From the NCBI GenBank assembly GCA_963804345.1, contig CAWDPX010000004.1, positions 320,181 through 384,180 of the forward strand: a DNA stretch of 64,000 bases, in the 5' to 3' direction. The notes beneath the pieces are model-generated. The model was not told the DNA's origin, made no database searches, and saw only the letters and a list, made by a program, of their open reading frames with translations. The DNA comes from an uncultured Verrucomicrobiae bacterium (GTDB lineage Bacteria; Verrucomicrobiota; Verrucomicrobiia; Limisphaerales; UBA11358). Positions 1-9,234 of this stretch are shown here, piece after piece (the first letter of the stretch is position 1; each line of letters opens with the position of its first letter). Made by a program: the position numbers and the translations under genes.

Positions 1-204
1 AAGATCATACTTAATAAAAGCCCGGCTTGCAAGTTGGCAAAAGCGTGACTGCTGACAAAAAAGGAGCGCGCCAAACTGAAATGGTGGGCAAAAAATACGT
101 GGACAACGGCGCGTATTGCCTAAAACACAAAATCAACGTGGGCACGCCCGGCCTGTGAACAACTTTTGCTTTCAAACCAAAGGCGGCACACATAAAAGAG
201 TCCC

Positions 205-447
205 ATGAAAACCGCCATTTTAACGAGCAGCTTTCTGCTCGCCGGATCGCTGGTAATTTCCGCTTGGTTGTTGCATCCCCGACCAACGCCGCTATATGAA
301 CTTCAAAGTGGGAAATTTTGTGACTACTTGATCAACCATCAAACTGGATCGGTATGGCGATATTACCGCGACACAAACCCGACGAATGAGACCGGAATTA
401 CTTCCGAAGGCTTTGAGCTTCTTGGTCATTACAGTCCTGCAAAATAA
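205..447 (+). CDS. small hypothetical protein with hydrophobic N-terminus
   Basis: 80-aa ORF. N-terminus MKTAILTSSFLLAGSLVISAWLL looks like a signal/TM segment. AT-rich context, no recognisable family. Confidence 0.3.
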   Translation: MKTAILTSSFLLAGSLVISAWLLHPRPTPLYELQSGKFCDYLINHQTGSVWRYYRDTNPTNETGITSEGFELLGHYSPAK

Positions 448-464
448 TTTGAATTGATTTGCAG

Positions 465-1322
465 TTAAATTTCCGCTTTTCCGGGCCAAATACGCAGCGG
501 TCGGAACAAAATTTCCTCATCGTGCCTCACTTCATTTGTGTAAAAATCATTCCATTTGAATCTCCGTTTGATTTCAGTGAATTCGTGAACACATAGAATG
601 TTTCCGGCGTGAATCGGTTGCACAGCTACAGCACACGAAGGTTGAAGTCGCCGTCGTTCGGAATGAAGTAATCTCGTGAAAAAATCTTCCAGCATTGCAT
701 AGCTTCGTCCTCTCCAGAAAGCGGATTCTGATTCCAAAATACTTGTCGGTATCAGACATTCAACAATTAGGGGTTTCCCGCGAGCTTTAAGTTTGGCGAT
801 TTGTCCAAGACGAATTGCGATTCCAGCTAAATGCTCACTTCCATGCTGCATGTAATGCGGGTGATCTTTCAAACACGCGTCTTTGGTTAAAGACAGGAAA
901 ATTTTTCCATGATCATGGCTTTTACAAAAATGAAGTTCTGATATTGCATTTCGTAGTCCATCACCTTTGCCGAAGATTTCTTCGGCCTGTAAATTAAGAG
1001 CGTCTATATCGGCGAGTCGTATCCCATGCTCAATGAAACTGGTTGGGGAATTCGATCTGGTCCCATGAAACGCAATTATGAATTTGTAATAATCAGCGAG
1101 CCGTTGTGCGAGAATAGCTGGAACATTTTCCGGTTGCTTGGTGAAGGCTGCTACAACTGAATTTAACCACTCAAAACTGTCGCCGGCTGCACATTTCCAA
1201 TTTATTCGTCGGATTTCGGCAATGACTGTATCATTGATTTTGTCAGCAAGAAGATTGCGAAAAACGCGTTCCCAACTTTTTCGCTGACTCCATTTGAATA
1301 CTCGTGCCTTTCGAGCGCTCAC
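465..1322 (-). CDS. hypothetical protein, possibly ADP-ribosyltransferase/Tpt1-like fold (tentative)
   Basis: 285-aa ORF in a visibly AT-rich stretch. AFHGTRSNSPTSFIEHGIR followed by GKIFLSLTKD and PLIVECLIP resembles the HG[ST]..G[IL] / strand / E layout of PARP-Tpt1-type enzymes. Judged by eye only. Confidence 0.55.
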   Translation of the reverse strand: MSARKARVFKWSQRKSWERVFRNLLADKINDTVIAEIRRINWKCAAGDSFEWLNSVVAAFTKQPENVPAILAQRLADYYKFIIAFHGTRSNSPTSFIEHGIRLADIDALNLQAEEIFGKGDGLRNAISELHFCKSHDHGKIFLSLTKDACLKDHPHYMQHGSEHLAGIAIRLGQIAKLKARGKPLIVECLIPTSILESESAFWRGRSYAMLEDFFTRLLHSERRRLQPSCAVAVQPIHAGNILCVHEFTEIKRRFKWNDFYTNEVRHDEEILFRPLRIWPGKAEI

Positions 1323-1332
1323 AGAAAATTGG

Positions 1333-2679
1333 TCATCTCCGCAACATCCCTGGCAAACCGCCGCCCATCTTGGCCATCATCTTCTGGAACTTGCCCATCT
1401 TCTTCATCATCTGCTGCATCTGGCCGAATTTGTTCAGCATGGTGTTCAGTTCCGTCACGCTCACGCCACTGCCTTTGGCGATGCGGATGCGGCGCTTGGC
1501 GTTGAGGATGGCGGGGTTCTGCCGCTCCTTGGGCGTCATGCCGCAGATCATCGCCTCCATGCGCTTGAATTCCTTCTCCTGCTTCGATAAATCGCCCTGC
1601 TGCTTCAACATCTCCGCGCCGCCCGGCAGCATGCCCACGATGGATTCCAGCGAGCCGAGCTTTTTCATCTGGCGCAATTGCTCCAGGAAATCTTCCAGCG
1701 TGAACTGGCCCTTGCGCATCTTTTCTTCCATGCGCTTCGCATCATCCAGGTCCACGGTTTCGGCGGCCCGCTCGACGAGGCTGACGACGTCGCCCATGCC
1801 CAGAATCCGCGACGCCATGCGTTCGGGATGAAACGGCTCGAACTCGTCGAGTTTTTCACCCGTGCCGCCGAACTTGATGGGCTTGCCGGTCACGGCCTTC
1901 AAACTCAACGCCGCACCGCCGCGCGCGTCGCCGTCGAGCTTCGTCAAAATGGAGCCGGTAATTTGCAGCGCCTGGTCAAAGTGGGTCGCGACGTTGACGG
2001 CCTCCTGGCCGGTGGCGGCGTCGAGGACGAGCAAAATCTCCTGCGGCTTCACGAGGTCGCGCAGCCGGACGAGTTCCTGCACGAGCGGCTCGTCCATTTG
2101 CAGCCGCCCGGCCGTGTCGAAAATCAAAACATTGCGGCTGTTGGCTTTCGCAAAGTCGAGCGCTTCACGCGCGATTTTCAGAACGTCCGTTTCCCCGCGT
2201 TTCACGAACACCGGCAGTTCCAGTTGCTTGCCCAAGGTTTCGAGCTGGTCCATCGCCGCCGGGCGGTTTACGTCCGCCGCCACGAGCAACGGCTGGCGGC
2301 CCTGTTTTTGGAGCAGCCGCGCGAGCTTGCCGCTCGACGTGGTTTTGCCCGAACCGTGCAAACCGACCATCAGAATGCTGCTGGGGCTGCCGCTGAGATT
2401 CAGCCCGGCATTGGTCGAGCCGAGCAGGTCCACGAGTTCGTCGTAGATGATTTTGACGATTTGCTGGCCGGGCTGGACGCTCTGGACGACTTCCGCGCCG
2501 ATGGCCTTGGTTTTGACGCGTTCGATGAAATCGCGGGCGACCTTGAAATTCACGTCGGCTTCCAGCAGCGCCATGCGGACCTCGCGGAGAGCGTCGGTGA
2601 TGTTGGACTCGGAAATTTTTCCGAGCCCGCGCAGGTTGCGAAAGGCGTTCTGGAGCTTGCCGCTTAGAGAATCGAACAT
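1333..2679 (-). CDS. ffh: signal recognition particle protein Ffh
   Basis: N domain MFDSLSGKLQNAFRNL. GTPase motifs GLHGSGKTTSSGKLA, DTAGR, TKLDGDARGG. Met-rich C-terminal M domain. Confidence 0.97.
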   Translation of the reverse strand: MFDSLSGKLQNAFRNLRGLGKISESNITDALREVRMALLEADVNFKVARDFIERVKTKAIGAEVVQSVQPGQQIVKIIYDELVDLLGSTNAGLNLSGSPSSILMVGLHGSGKTTSSGKLARLLQKQGRQPLLVAADVNRPAAMDQLETLGKQLELPVFVKRGETDVLKIAREALDFAKANSRNVLIFDTAGRLQMDEPLVQELVRLRDLVKPQEILLVLDAATGQEAVNVATHFDQALQITGSILTKLDGDARGGAALSLKAVTGKPIKFGGTGEKLDEFEPFHPERMASRILGMGDVVSLVERAAETVDLDDAKRMEEKMRKGQFTLEDFLEQLRQMKKLGSLESIVGMLPGGAEMLKQQGDLSKQEKEFKRMEAMICGMTPKERQNPAILNAKRRIRIAKGSGVSVTELNTMLNKFGQMQQMMKKMGKFQKMMAKMGGGLPGMLRR

Positions 2680-2750
2680 TCCATCAGCCTAAGAAGAGCG
2701 AGGAGCATTTGCAACAATGGTTGACCCCCATGTTGAACCTCAAATCGTAA

Positions 2751-2823
2751 TCGTCCTCGTTCTCGTCGTCGTCCTCGAAACCAATGAATTCGAGGACGAG
2801 AACGAGGAGGAGGACGAGGACGA
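2751..2823. repeat. imperfect hairpin built from GAC/GAG-type triplets
   Basis: tcgtcctcgttctcgtcgtcgtcctcgaa / loop accaatgaa / ttcgaggacgagaacgaggaggaggacgaggacga. Lies between the ffh start and tRNA-Tyr. Confidence 0.6.
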
Positions 2824-2882
2824 ATCGAAATGCGTCGGATTGACAAGGCTCGTGCGGTTTGGCTTAATCTGCGTCCCTTAGT

Positions 2883-2967
2883 GGTAGGTTACCCAAGTGG
2901 CCAACGGGGGCAGACTGTAAATCTGCTGGCTATGCCTTCGATGGTTCGAATCCATCACCTACCACCA
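2883..2967 (+). tRNA. tRNA-Tyr (anticodon GTA), class II with long variable arm, CCA encoded
   Basis: Hand-folded. Acceptor GGTAGGT/ACCTACC; anticodon stem GCAGA/TCTGC with loop CTGTAAA; variable arm TGGCTATGCCTTC; T arm GATGG-TTCGAAT-CCATC; then A-CCA. Confidence 0.95.
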
Positions 2968-3076
2968 CCCCTTTTCCGGCTGCTGTGAAAGCTAAAAGAC
3001 TGCGCCTTTTAATGAGATTGTAAGGTGCCATTCAGCTTTACATACCCCACACGATGGCCATAATTCTCGACACATA

Positions 3077-3835
3077 ATGGGTATCACCCAAATTCAGAAA
3101 TGTTTTGGCTTTTTCTCGTGGCTGGCGTGTTTCCTACTGCTGTTCGTCGGTTGCGGAAAGCCGACAACGGCCTCTCCCCAGAAGGTCGTGACTGACACCA
3201 ACGTCGCGCCGTCCGCGCTGTCCTCGGCAGAAACAGCCGTTCCGGGCCCGGGTCAAAAAGTATGTTTCGCCTGCAAGGGCGAAGGGGCGGTGGCCTGTCT
3301 CGTTCCTGGTTGCAAGGATGGTCAGGTGGATTGTCCGGGACCGTGTCTCAAACTTTCCAAGGGAGTTTGGACCCACACCGACATTGATGGAAAACCTTCT
3401 GATCTCTGGTGGCAGTATTTTAATTCGGCTGACGGTAGCTACACGTTCGGTGTCAGCGAACATCATCTTGGAGAGGTCGTCGTGGTGCAGGATGGCAAAC
3501 CCACGCTCGGCGGCAAATGCAAGATTTGTGGTGGCACCGGCAAGGTGAAATGTCAGGTCTGCCAGGGTACGGGCCGGGTCACCTGCCCGGTTTGTGACGG
3601 CAAAAAGTTTGTCCCCATCGCCTGGACGCCTGTGGATAATCCCTATTTCAACCGCCAACCCGACATCATCCGGTTGGCGGACGGGCGGGTGTTGTTGGGC
3701 CGAATCGCTGCGGAAGCCGGAGAGGACCGAACGATTATTACGCGGGACAAGAAAATCCTGCACGTGAAAGTCGCGGACATCCTGCCCAAAGAAACCACCA
3801 ATTCGGTTGCCACTCAAACTGCGCCGGGCAGTTAA
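3077..3835 (+). CDS. lipoprotein with DnaJ-type CxxCxGxG zinc-finger repeats
   Basis: Lipobox-like LLLFVGCGK. Motifs CFACKGEG and CKICGGTGKVKCQVCQGTGRVTCPVCDGKK. Confidence 0.7.
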   Translation: MGITQIQKCFGFFSWLACFLLLFVGCGKPTTASPQKVVTDTNVAPSALSSAETAVPGPGQKVCFACKGEGAVACLVPGCKDGQVDCPGPCLKLSKGVWTHTDIDGKPSDLWWQYFNSADGSYTFGVSEHHLGEVVVVQDGKPTLGGKCKICGGTGKVKCQVCQGTGRVTCPVCDGKKFVPIAWTPVDNPYFNRQPDIIRLADGRVLLGRIAAEAGEDRTIITRDKKILHVKVADILPKETTNSVATQTAPGS

Positions 3836-4114
3836 TGCCGGTGACGGCGGCTCGGCACGATGGCCGGGAGGACTTTCAAACTTCATTCGTCAGCGTCTCT
3901 CCTGGACAGCGCGACGAACAACGCCACGGGCAGACTCATTTTGTTCCGGGGGCGAAGCTGGGGCGTGACGGCAGGACGGCTGGCCTTTGTTTCGCAGCCG
4001 CCATGACGACACGCTCCAGCAAAGAGGGAAGTTCCAAACCGAATTTGCACGCCGCTAAAATAAAAATGTCACTTTTCTAGGACTGACCCCTTCCACGACG
4101 GCCAGCGCGGTTTT

Positions 4115-4741
4115 ATGACCAACAAGGCTTATGCTGACGGCAAAGGCCCGTCCTACATCTACACCCCCGCCGGACGATTGCAGACCCGCACCTGGGCGCG
4201 CACGGTGGGAGGCCAGCCTCTCACAACGACTTATTCGTACGACAACGCTGGTTTGCTATCGGCTATCGGCTATTCGGACGCCACTCTCGGCGTCACGAAC
4301 ACCTTTGACCGTTTGGGCCGGCTCACTCAACAATCAACCCTCAACTCTCAACTGAATTCGACTTACAACGACGCGAACGAACCGTTGACCGAATCCTACA
4401 CCGGCGGCCCGCTAAACGGTCTGAGCGTGACAAATAGCTACGACCCGCTGCTCCGCCACACCAAACTTTCCCTCATCTCTCAACTCTCAACCCTCAACTC
4501 GACAGCATACGGCTATGACGCAGCCTCGCGTTTACAGAGCGTTTCCGACGGCACAAATACTGCTATTTACAGCTATATTGCGAATTCACCGTTGGTAGGG
4601 AACATTGTATTTCAGCAAAACGGGACGACACGGATGACAACAACGAAACAGTACGATTTCCTGAACCGCCTCACGAGCATCTCCTCTGTCGGAGGGGCCG
4701 AGTTCCACGAGTCCCATTTCTACTTTCAACTATCAATATAA
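4115..4741 (+). pseudogene. RHS/YD-repeat protein, 5'-truncated upstream part (frame lost near 4698)
   Basis: YD repeats (YSYDNAGLLSAIGYSD, AYGYDAASRL). YD-like sequence continues upstream of the ATG to about 4082 (TDPFHDGQRGF) and then stops. The frame is broken by one extra C inside a repeat element. Confidence 0.8.
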
Positions 4742-4813
4742 TCAAGCCAACCAACGTACCCGTGCCGATCTCGGAGGGGCATCTGTCGGAGGGGCGAGTT
4801 CCACGAGCCCCAC
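4687..4813. repeat. two direct half-copies (plus a 10-nt partial) of the TCGGAGGGGCGAG element inside the RHS gene
   Basis: tgtcggaggggCcgagttccacgagtccca at 4687-4717, tcggaggggc at 4771-4780, tgtcggaggggcgagttccacgagccccac at 4784-4813. Confidence 0.6.
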
Positions 4814-4847
4814 TTATTGGGTCTATCAATACGACTCCCTTGGCCAT

Positions 4848-6431
4848 GTGACGAGCGGCAAAAAATACTGGTCCGACGGCACACCCGTCGCCGGACAACA
4901 ATTTGAATACGGCTTCGACGACATCGGCAACCGGAAATCCACGAAGAGCGGCGGCGATCAAAGTGGCGCAGGCCTCCGGCCTGCTTCTTACAGCGTCAAT
5001 AATCTGAACCAATACACGAGCCGTGATGTGCCAGGCTACGTAACCGTCCTCGGCTCGGCCAACTCGAATGCCACCGTGACGGTGAATCTCCAGCGGGCAT
5101 ATCGTTATGGAAATTATTTCCAGGACGAACTGGGCGTGAACAATTCAAGTTCCGCTCTTTGGTTTTCGCTGACCAATCTGGCCGTGTTGAACAACGGAAC
5201 CAATGCGGACATTGTGGCAACGAACACAGGCAACATCTTTCTGCCTATGACGCCGGAAACCTTCGGCTATGACTTGGACGGGAATCTGACGAACAGCGGT
5301 CGCTGGACGGTGACTTGGGATGCTGAGAACCGGGCGACTTCGTTCGCGAGTTTGATCAGCGCACCATCGGCATCAATGAAGAAAGTGGATTGCGCTTATG
5401 ATTTTCAAGGGCGCAGGATTCAAAAGATTGTTTCGACGAATAATGGTTCAGCTTGGATTCCCGTGTCCACGAACCGGTTTGTTTACGATGGTTGGAATCT
5501 GGTTGCCATTCTCGATTCTCAATCCTCCATCCTCGCTTCGTTTCAGTGGGGCAATGACTTGAGTGGTTCACTCCAAGGCGCGGGCGGCGTGGGCGGACTC
5601 ATTTCCATGACCGTTTATGCAGGAACGAATGCAGGGGCGTATTTCCACAGCTTCGATGGCAACGGCAATGTGGCGGCATTGGTGAATGCGGCGAACGGAG
5701 CGATGGCCGCGCAGTATGAATATGACCCATTCCTGGGAATTACCCGCGCTTCGGGCGCGCTGGCGTTCGTAAACCCATTCCTCGGCTCGACCAAGTTCTT
5801 CGATGCAGAGACGGGACTCTATTATTATGGCTATCGGTTTTATGATCCGAGTGCGGGTAGGTGGCCAAACAGAGACCCATTAGAAGAAAGCGGTGGGATT
5901 AATCTATATGGATTTATTGGAAATGCGCCGGAAAACGGAGTTGATTGGCTTGGAGCAGCTCTAAACTCGCCCCCTGGCGGGAACGAATTTGACCAGTGGC
6001 CTTACGCCCAAATTCCACCCAATTTGGGTGTAACATATTCAGCTGGGCCAGATATCACTGAAGCCTTAAAAGCGACGCTAAAACAAGTTGATAAAGACTT
6101 CTGGGCTCATCCCGATAGACAGTGTAAAGCGTGCGATATGTTGAATTTCCCAGGGCCAACATTAACTACTGATGTAACTGGAGCATTGGGTTCTTGGGAT
6201 ATACAACCATTAAAGGATATGGGTCAATCAGGACAACCTTTGGCTGGTGGAAAAGCTGGAACTGGAGATTGGGTGAGGACAGTCCAATTCCGCTATCGGA
6301 GCGGAAAAAGTAAAGTATATTGGGGTGGTGCAGTTAATTATGCACTCTGGGGGAGGGCCAACGAGTTGTGTTATGCTAGATTTCATGCTACAGCGTTCAG
6401 CTTAGAAAGAGCCTTGTGGTTGTTCACTTAA
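4848..6431 (+). CDS. RHS repeat-associated core domain plus AT-rich C-terminal toxin tip (continuation of 4115-4741; frame open from ~4686)
   Basis: GLYYYGYRFYDPSAGRWPNRDPLEESGGINLYGFIGNAPENGVDWLG is the RHS core end. About 160 aa of unrelated AT-rich sequence follow. Confidence 0.85.
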   Translation: MTSGKKYWSDGTPVAGQQFEYGFDDIGNRKSTKSGGDQSGAGLRPASYSVNNLNQYTSRDVPGYVTVLGSANSNATVTVNLQRAYRYGNYFQDELGVNNSSSALWFSLTNLAVLNNGTNADIVATNTGNIFLPMTPETFGYDLDGNLTNSGRWTVTWDAENRATSFASLISAPSASMKKVDCAYDFQGRRIQKIVSTNNGSAWIPVSTNRFVYDGWNLVAILDSQSSILASFQWGNDLSGSLQGAGGVGGLISMTVYAGTNAGAYFHSFDGNGNVAALVNAANGAMAAQYEYDPFLGITRASGALAFVNPFLGSTKFFDAETGLYYYGYRFYDPSAGRWPNRDPLEESGGINLYGFIGNAPENGVDWLGAALNSPPGGNEFDQWPYAQIPPNLGVTYSAGPDITEALKATLKQVDKDFWAHPDRQCKACDMLNFPGPTLTTDVTGALGSWDIQPLKDMGQSGQPLAGGKAGTGDWVRTVQFRYRSGKSKVYWGGAVNYALWGRANELCYARFHATAFSLERALWLFT

Positions 6432-6670
6432 GGAAGGATGCACCATGGCCAATTGGGTTTGGTGGAGATCAAGATGCTGATGCTAGCGCGTTCACTAGGT
6501 TTGGATATGAGAACACTAGTCCCGAGTCCGTTGCTTTGCATCTTGGTTACACGGGGATTTATCCCCATATTGTAAACCACATTGCTGATCCTAAGAATAT
6601 ATTACACAGCTCGGACCCATTTGTTTATGATTGGGAAGGTCTCGTTAATGCAAATGACCATGGGAAATGA
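6416..6670 (+). CDS. small ORF overlapping the toxin end; either a frameshifted toxin tail or a separate small protein
   Basis: 84-aa ORF with a GTG start, overlapping the stop of 4848-6431 by 16 nt. AT-rich. No family recognised. Confidence 0.25.
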   Translation: MVVHLRKDAPWPIGFGGDQDADASAFTRFGYENTSPESVALHLGYTGIYPHIVNHIADPKNILHSSDPFVYDWEGLVNANDHGK

Positions 6671-6685
6671 CCATGAATAGATTTT

Positions 6686-7261
6686 ATGCAATGGAAACAT
6701 ACTAAAATACGATCGGTGGCAATTATAACCTGCGCGCTTCTGATTGTGGGGTTTTGTTATCTTTTCATCTATAATCCGAAACAACTGGCAGCATCAATCC
6801 GCAACAATGATGTAGTTAAGGCTGCTTCATTGATTAAACATTATCCCTATCTCATAAACTTAGCTTTAGACCATCAGACAAAATTGAAACCTTTGGATCT
6901 CGCCGTAGGTCTTGGTCGTTATGAGATATCAAGTAATTTGATCGCATCTGGCGCCGACGTCAATTCGAGGAATGTAGGCGGCGAAACGCCGATTTATCAT
7001 GTTTATGGCAACTTTAATTTAGACATATTCGACATGCTGATTGCTCACGGGGCTAGTGTTTCAAACTTAAATATGTATGCAAACACGCCATTATATTGTG
7101 CTGTGATTAATGAGAATGCTGAGGCAGTTAGAGTTCTTATTGTTCACGGTGCAAATCCTATGGGTACAAATGCGTTTGGTAAAACATGTCTGAACTATGC
7201 GGTCGAGAGTTCAAATTTAGATATTGTTGAGTTGTTAACGCGCTCGAATTCGCTACGTTAG
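6686..7261 (+). CDS. ankyrin-repeat protein with N-terminal TM segment; candidate RHS immunity protein
   Basis: Ankyrin-like repeats (PLDLAVGLGRYEISSNLIASGADVNSRN, TPIYHVYG...LIAHGASV, TPLYCAVINENAEAVRVLIVHGANP). Sits directly 3' of the RHS toxin tip. Confidence 0.8.
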   Translation: MQWKHTKIRSVAIITCALLIVGFCYLFIYNPKQLAASIRNNDVVKAASLIKHYPYLINLALDHQTKLKPLDLAVGLGRYEISSNLIASGADVNSRNVGGETPIYHVYGNFNLDIFDMLIAHGASVSNLNMYANTPLYCAVINENAEAVRVLIVHGANPMGTNAFGKTCLNYAVESSNLDIVELLTRSNSLR

Positions 7262-7379
7262 CAGTTTGCTGAAAAACTCCAAAAAAAATGCTTCTTCGAC
7301 GTTTGTATTTGAACTTTACACGCCAACCATAGCACGCGCGGTGCCAATGAAAATCAAACGCCGGGCTGGCTTCTCGGCT

Positions 7380-7392
7380 GTAAGCGTCACGC
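7380..7392 (+). repeat. solo IS66-type terminal 13-mer GTAAGCGTCACGC
   Basis: Identical to the first 13 nt of both IS66 inverted repeats at 7576 and 10061. Similarity ends after 13 nt. Confidence 0.35.
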
Positions 7393-7652
7393 TGTCACCG
7401 GTCACTTCAAAACCAGCCAGCCGGGGTCGAATCAAAACCGGCCAATCTGAGGCGCATTATTCATATCAGGTTTTTTGATTCAAGCAAGGGCTTTAGGCTC
7501 CATATCATCTAAGGCCATACGCTGTGCCGATTTGTGTCCAACTCAGAAAGCAACGCTTCCTTTGGCCAGTAAAACGTAAGCGTCACGCGGAGCACCTACT
7601 TGACAGAGCAACGGTTGGGGTCGTAGAAGCGAGAGATATTATGCTACGACGT

Positions 7653-9176
7653 TTATGATGCGAGCTGTCGTTGCAACGGAAGCTTCGACTTGCTCCAAGC
7701 TTCGGGCATCACTTCCGGGATTTGCCAGTTGGTCATGCGCGGCAGTCGCGCGAGCACCTCGCGCAGGTAGGCGTAAGGATCCAAACCGCGTCGTCGGCAA
7801 CTTTCAATGATGGTGTAAATGATGGCGCTACGTTCGCCGGCATCGGCATCGCCCACGAACAGCCAGTTCTTTTTGCCGATGGCGGTGGGGCGAATGGCGT
7901 TTTCGACCAGGTTGTTGTCAATCTCCACCCGGCCATCATCAAGATAAACGGTCAACGTGGACCACTGGCCCAAGGCATAATCCATAGCCTGGGCCAGCAG
8001 ACTTTGTGGCAGGTATCGTCCGCTGGCTTTGAGCCGAATCAGGGCGCGTTGGATTCGCTCCACGATGGGGCGGCTGTTACTGGCACGCACGGCTTGGCGC
8101 AACCGGGGACCGGCGCGATGTTCGCGCAAGTCCGCTTCGACCCGGTAAAGGTGCTGGATGTGTCGGACCATCCAGCCCGCCGTTCGCGGCGATGGTTCGA
8201 GGGCGTCGTAAAACTTTCGCCGCACGTGCGCCCAGCAACCTGCCAGTTCAATCGCACCGCCACGACTGTTGGCAAACGCGCGATAGGCCGAATAGTCGTC
8301 GCATTGCAACGTGCCGGTGAAGTTCGCAGGAACGACATGGTCCAAACACGCAGTGGCACGGCTGGTTTCCCAGCGGTAAAATACGTCGCCGCCGGGACGG
8401 CTGCCCGTCCAGAGATAACCTTGTCGCGTTCGTCCATGCCCCGGTTCCAAATAATCAATCGGCGTTTCATCCACCTGGACATAGCCGCCAGCCATCACCC
8501 CAGTGCGAATGTGTTCATAAATTGGCTTTAACCAGTCGGCGGCCAACCCCACCCAGCGGGCCAAAGTCTGCCGGGGCAGGTGTACCCCATGACGTTGGGC
8601 GTAAATTTGTTCCTGCCGGTACAGCGGCAGATGGTCGCAGTATTTGCCCACCAAAATATGCGCCAGCAAGCCGGGCGCCGGCAGGCTCCGATCCTGCAAC
8701 CGTTCGGGCAAGGGTGCGATCAACGGCGCCCGGTCAGCATCAGCACGATGAACGTATTTTCGGCGAATGGTCCGGCGGCGCAAAAAGCGCGCCGGCTCAA
8801 AATCCAGTTGCTCACTCACTTCCTGGCCGATGCAGCGCCAGCTTTGCGGTGCGGCCTTCACCGGTTCGGGATCAATCACTTCTTCCACTACCGGCAGGTT
8901 GTCCGGCAAACGGGGCGTGCGTTCCTTCCGGGAATGACGGACGGAGGTTTGGGATTCTTCGACCCTTGTAACGGCACTGTCCGTGTCGGCCAGGGCTGGC
9001 AGTTGCAGGAGCAGTTCCAGTTGCGCCCGGTCCAGCCGCTCGCTGCTCGACCCAAACACCCGCCGCACCAGCAAGTCTATCTTCTGCCGCAGCAGTTCAT
9101 TCTCCAGGCGCGCTTGCGCCAATGCCTGGCGGCATTCGGCTAACTGGCCAGTGAGTTCTTTTTCGCGCCGCGTCAT
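7653..9176 (-). CDS. tnpC: IS66 family transposase TnpC
   Basis: 507 aa. N-terminal coiled coil (LAQARLENELLRQKIDLL), then CDHLPLYRQEQIY, VQVDETPI, LQCDDYSAYR, CWAHVRRKF. Confidence 0.95.
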   Translation of the reverse strand: MTRREKELTGQLAECRQALAQARLENELLRQKIDLLVRRVFGSSSERLDRAQLELLLQLPALADTDSAVTRVEESQTSVRHSRKERTPRLPDNLPVVEEVIDPEPVKAAPQSWRCIGQEVSEQLDFEPARFLRRRTIRRKYVHRADADRAPLIAPLPERLQDRSLPAPGLLAHILVGKYCDHLPLYRQEQIYAQRHGVHLPRQTLARWVGLAADWLKPIYEHIRTGVMAGGYVQVDETPIDYLEPGHGRTRQGYLWTGSRPGGDVFYRWETSRATACLDHVVPANFTGTLQCDDYSAYRAFANSRGGAIELAGCWAHVRRKFYDALEPSPRTAGWMVRHIQHLYRVEADLREHRAGPRLRQAVRASNSRPIVERIQRALIRLKASGRYLPQSLLAQAMDYALGQWSTLTVYLDDGRVEIDNNLVENAIRPTAIGKKNWLFVGDADAGERSAIIYTIIESCRRRGLDPYAYLREVLARLPRMTNWQIPEVMPEAWSKSKLPLQRQLAS

Positions 9177-9234
9177 CGGTTGTTCTCTATACGCGCCACA
9201 ACCTGACAGGTTTCAAACTTTCTAAAATTTCTTT

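Noticed and set aside
1678-2667. 329-aa plus-strand ORF (and several others) across the ffh locus
   Set aside because: It is antisense to a clearly recognisable ffh. The sequence is Arg/Ala/Gly-rich and low in complexity, typical of open antisense frames in high-GC DNA.
3835-4080. 81-aa plus-strand ORF between the lipoprotein and RHS genes
   Set aside because: It has no motifs, and an equally long antisense ORF overlaps it. It is probably non-coding DNA adjoining the truncated RHS 5' end.
7266-7478. 70-aa ORF between the ankyrin gene and IS66
   Set aside because: It covers the solo IS66-type end and has no protein-like features. It is treated as IS scar DNA.
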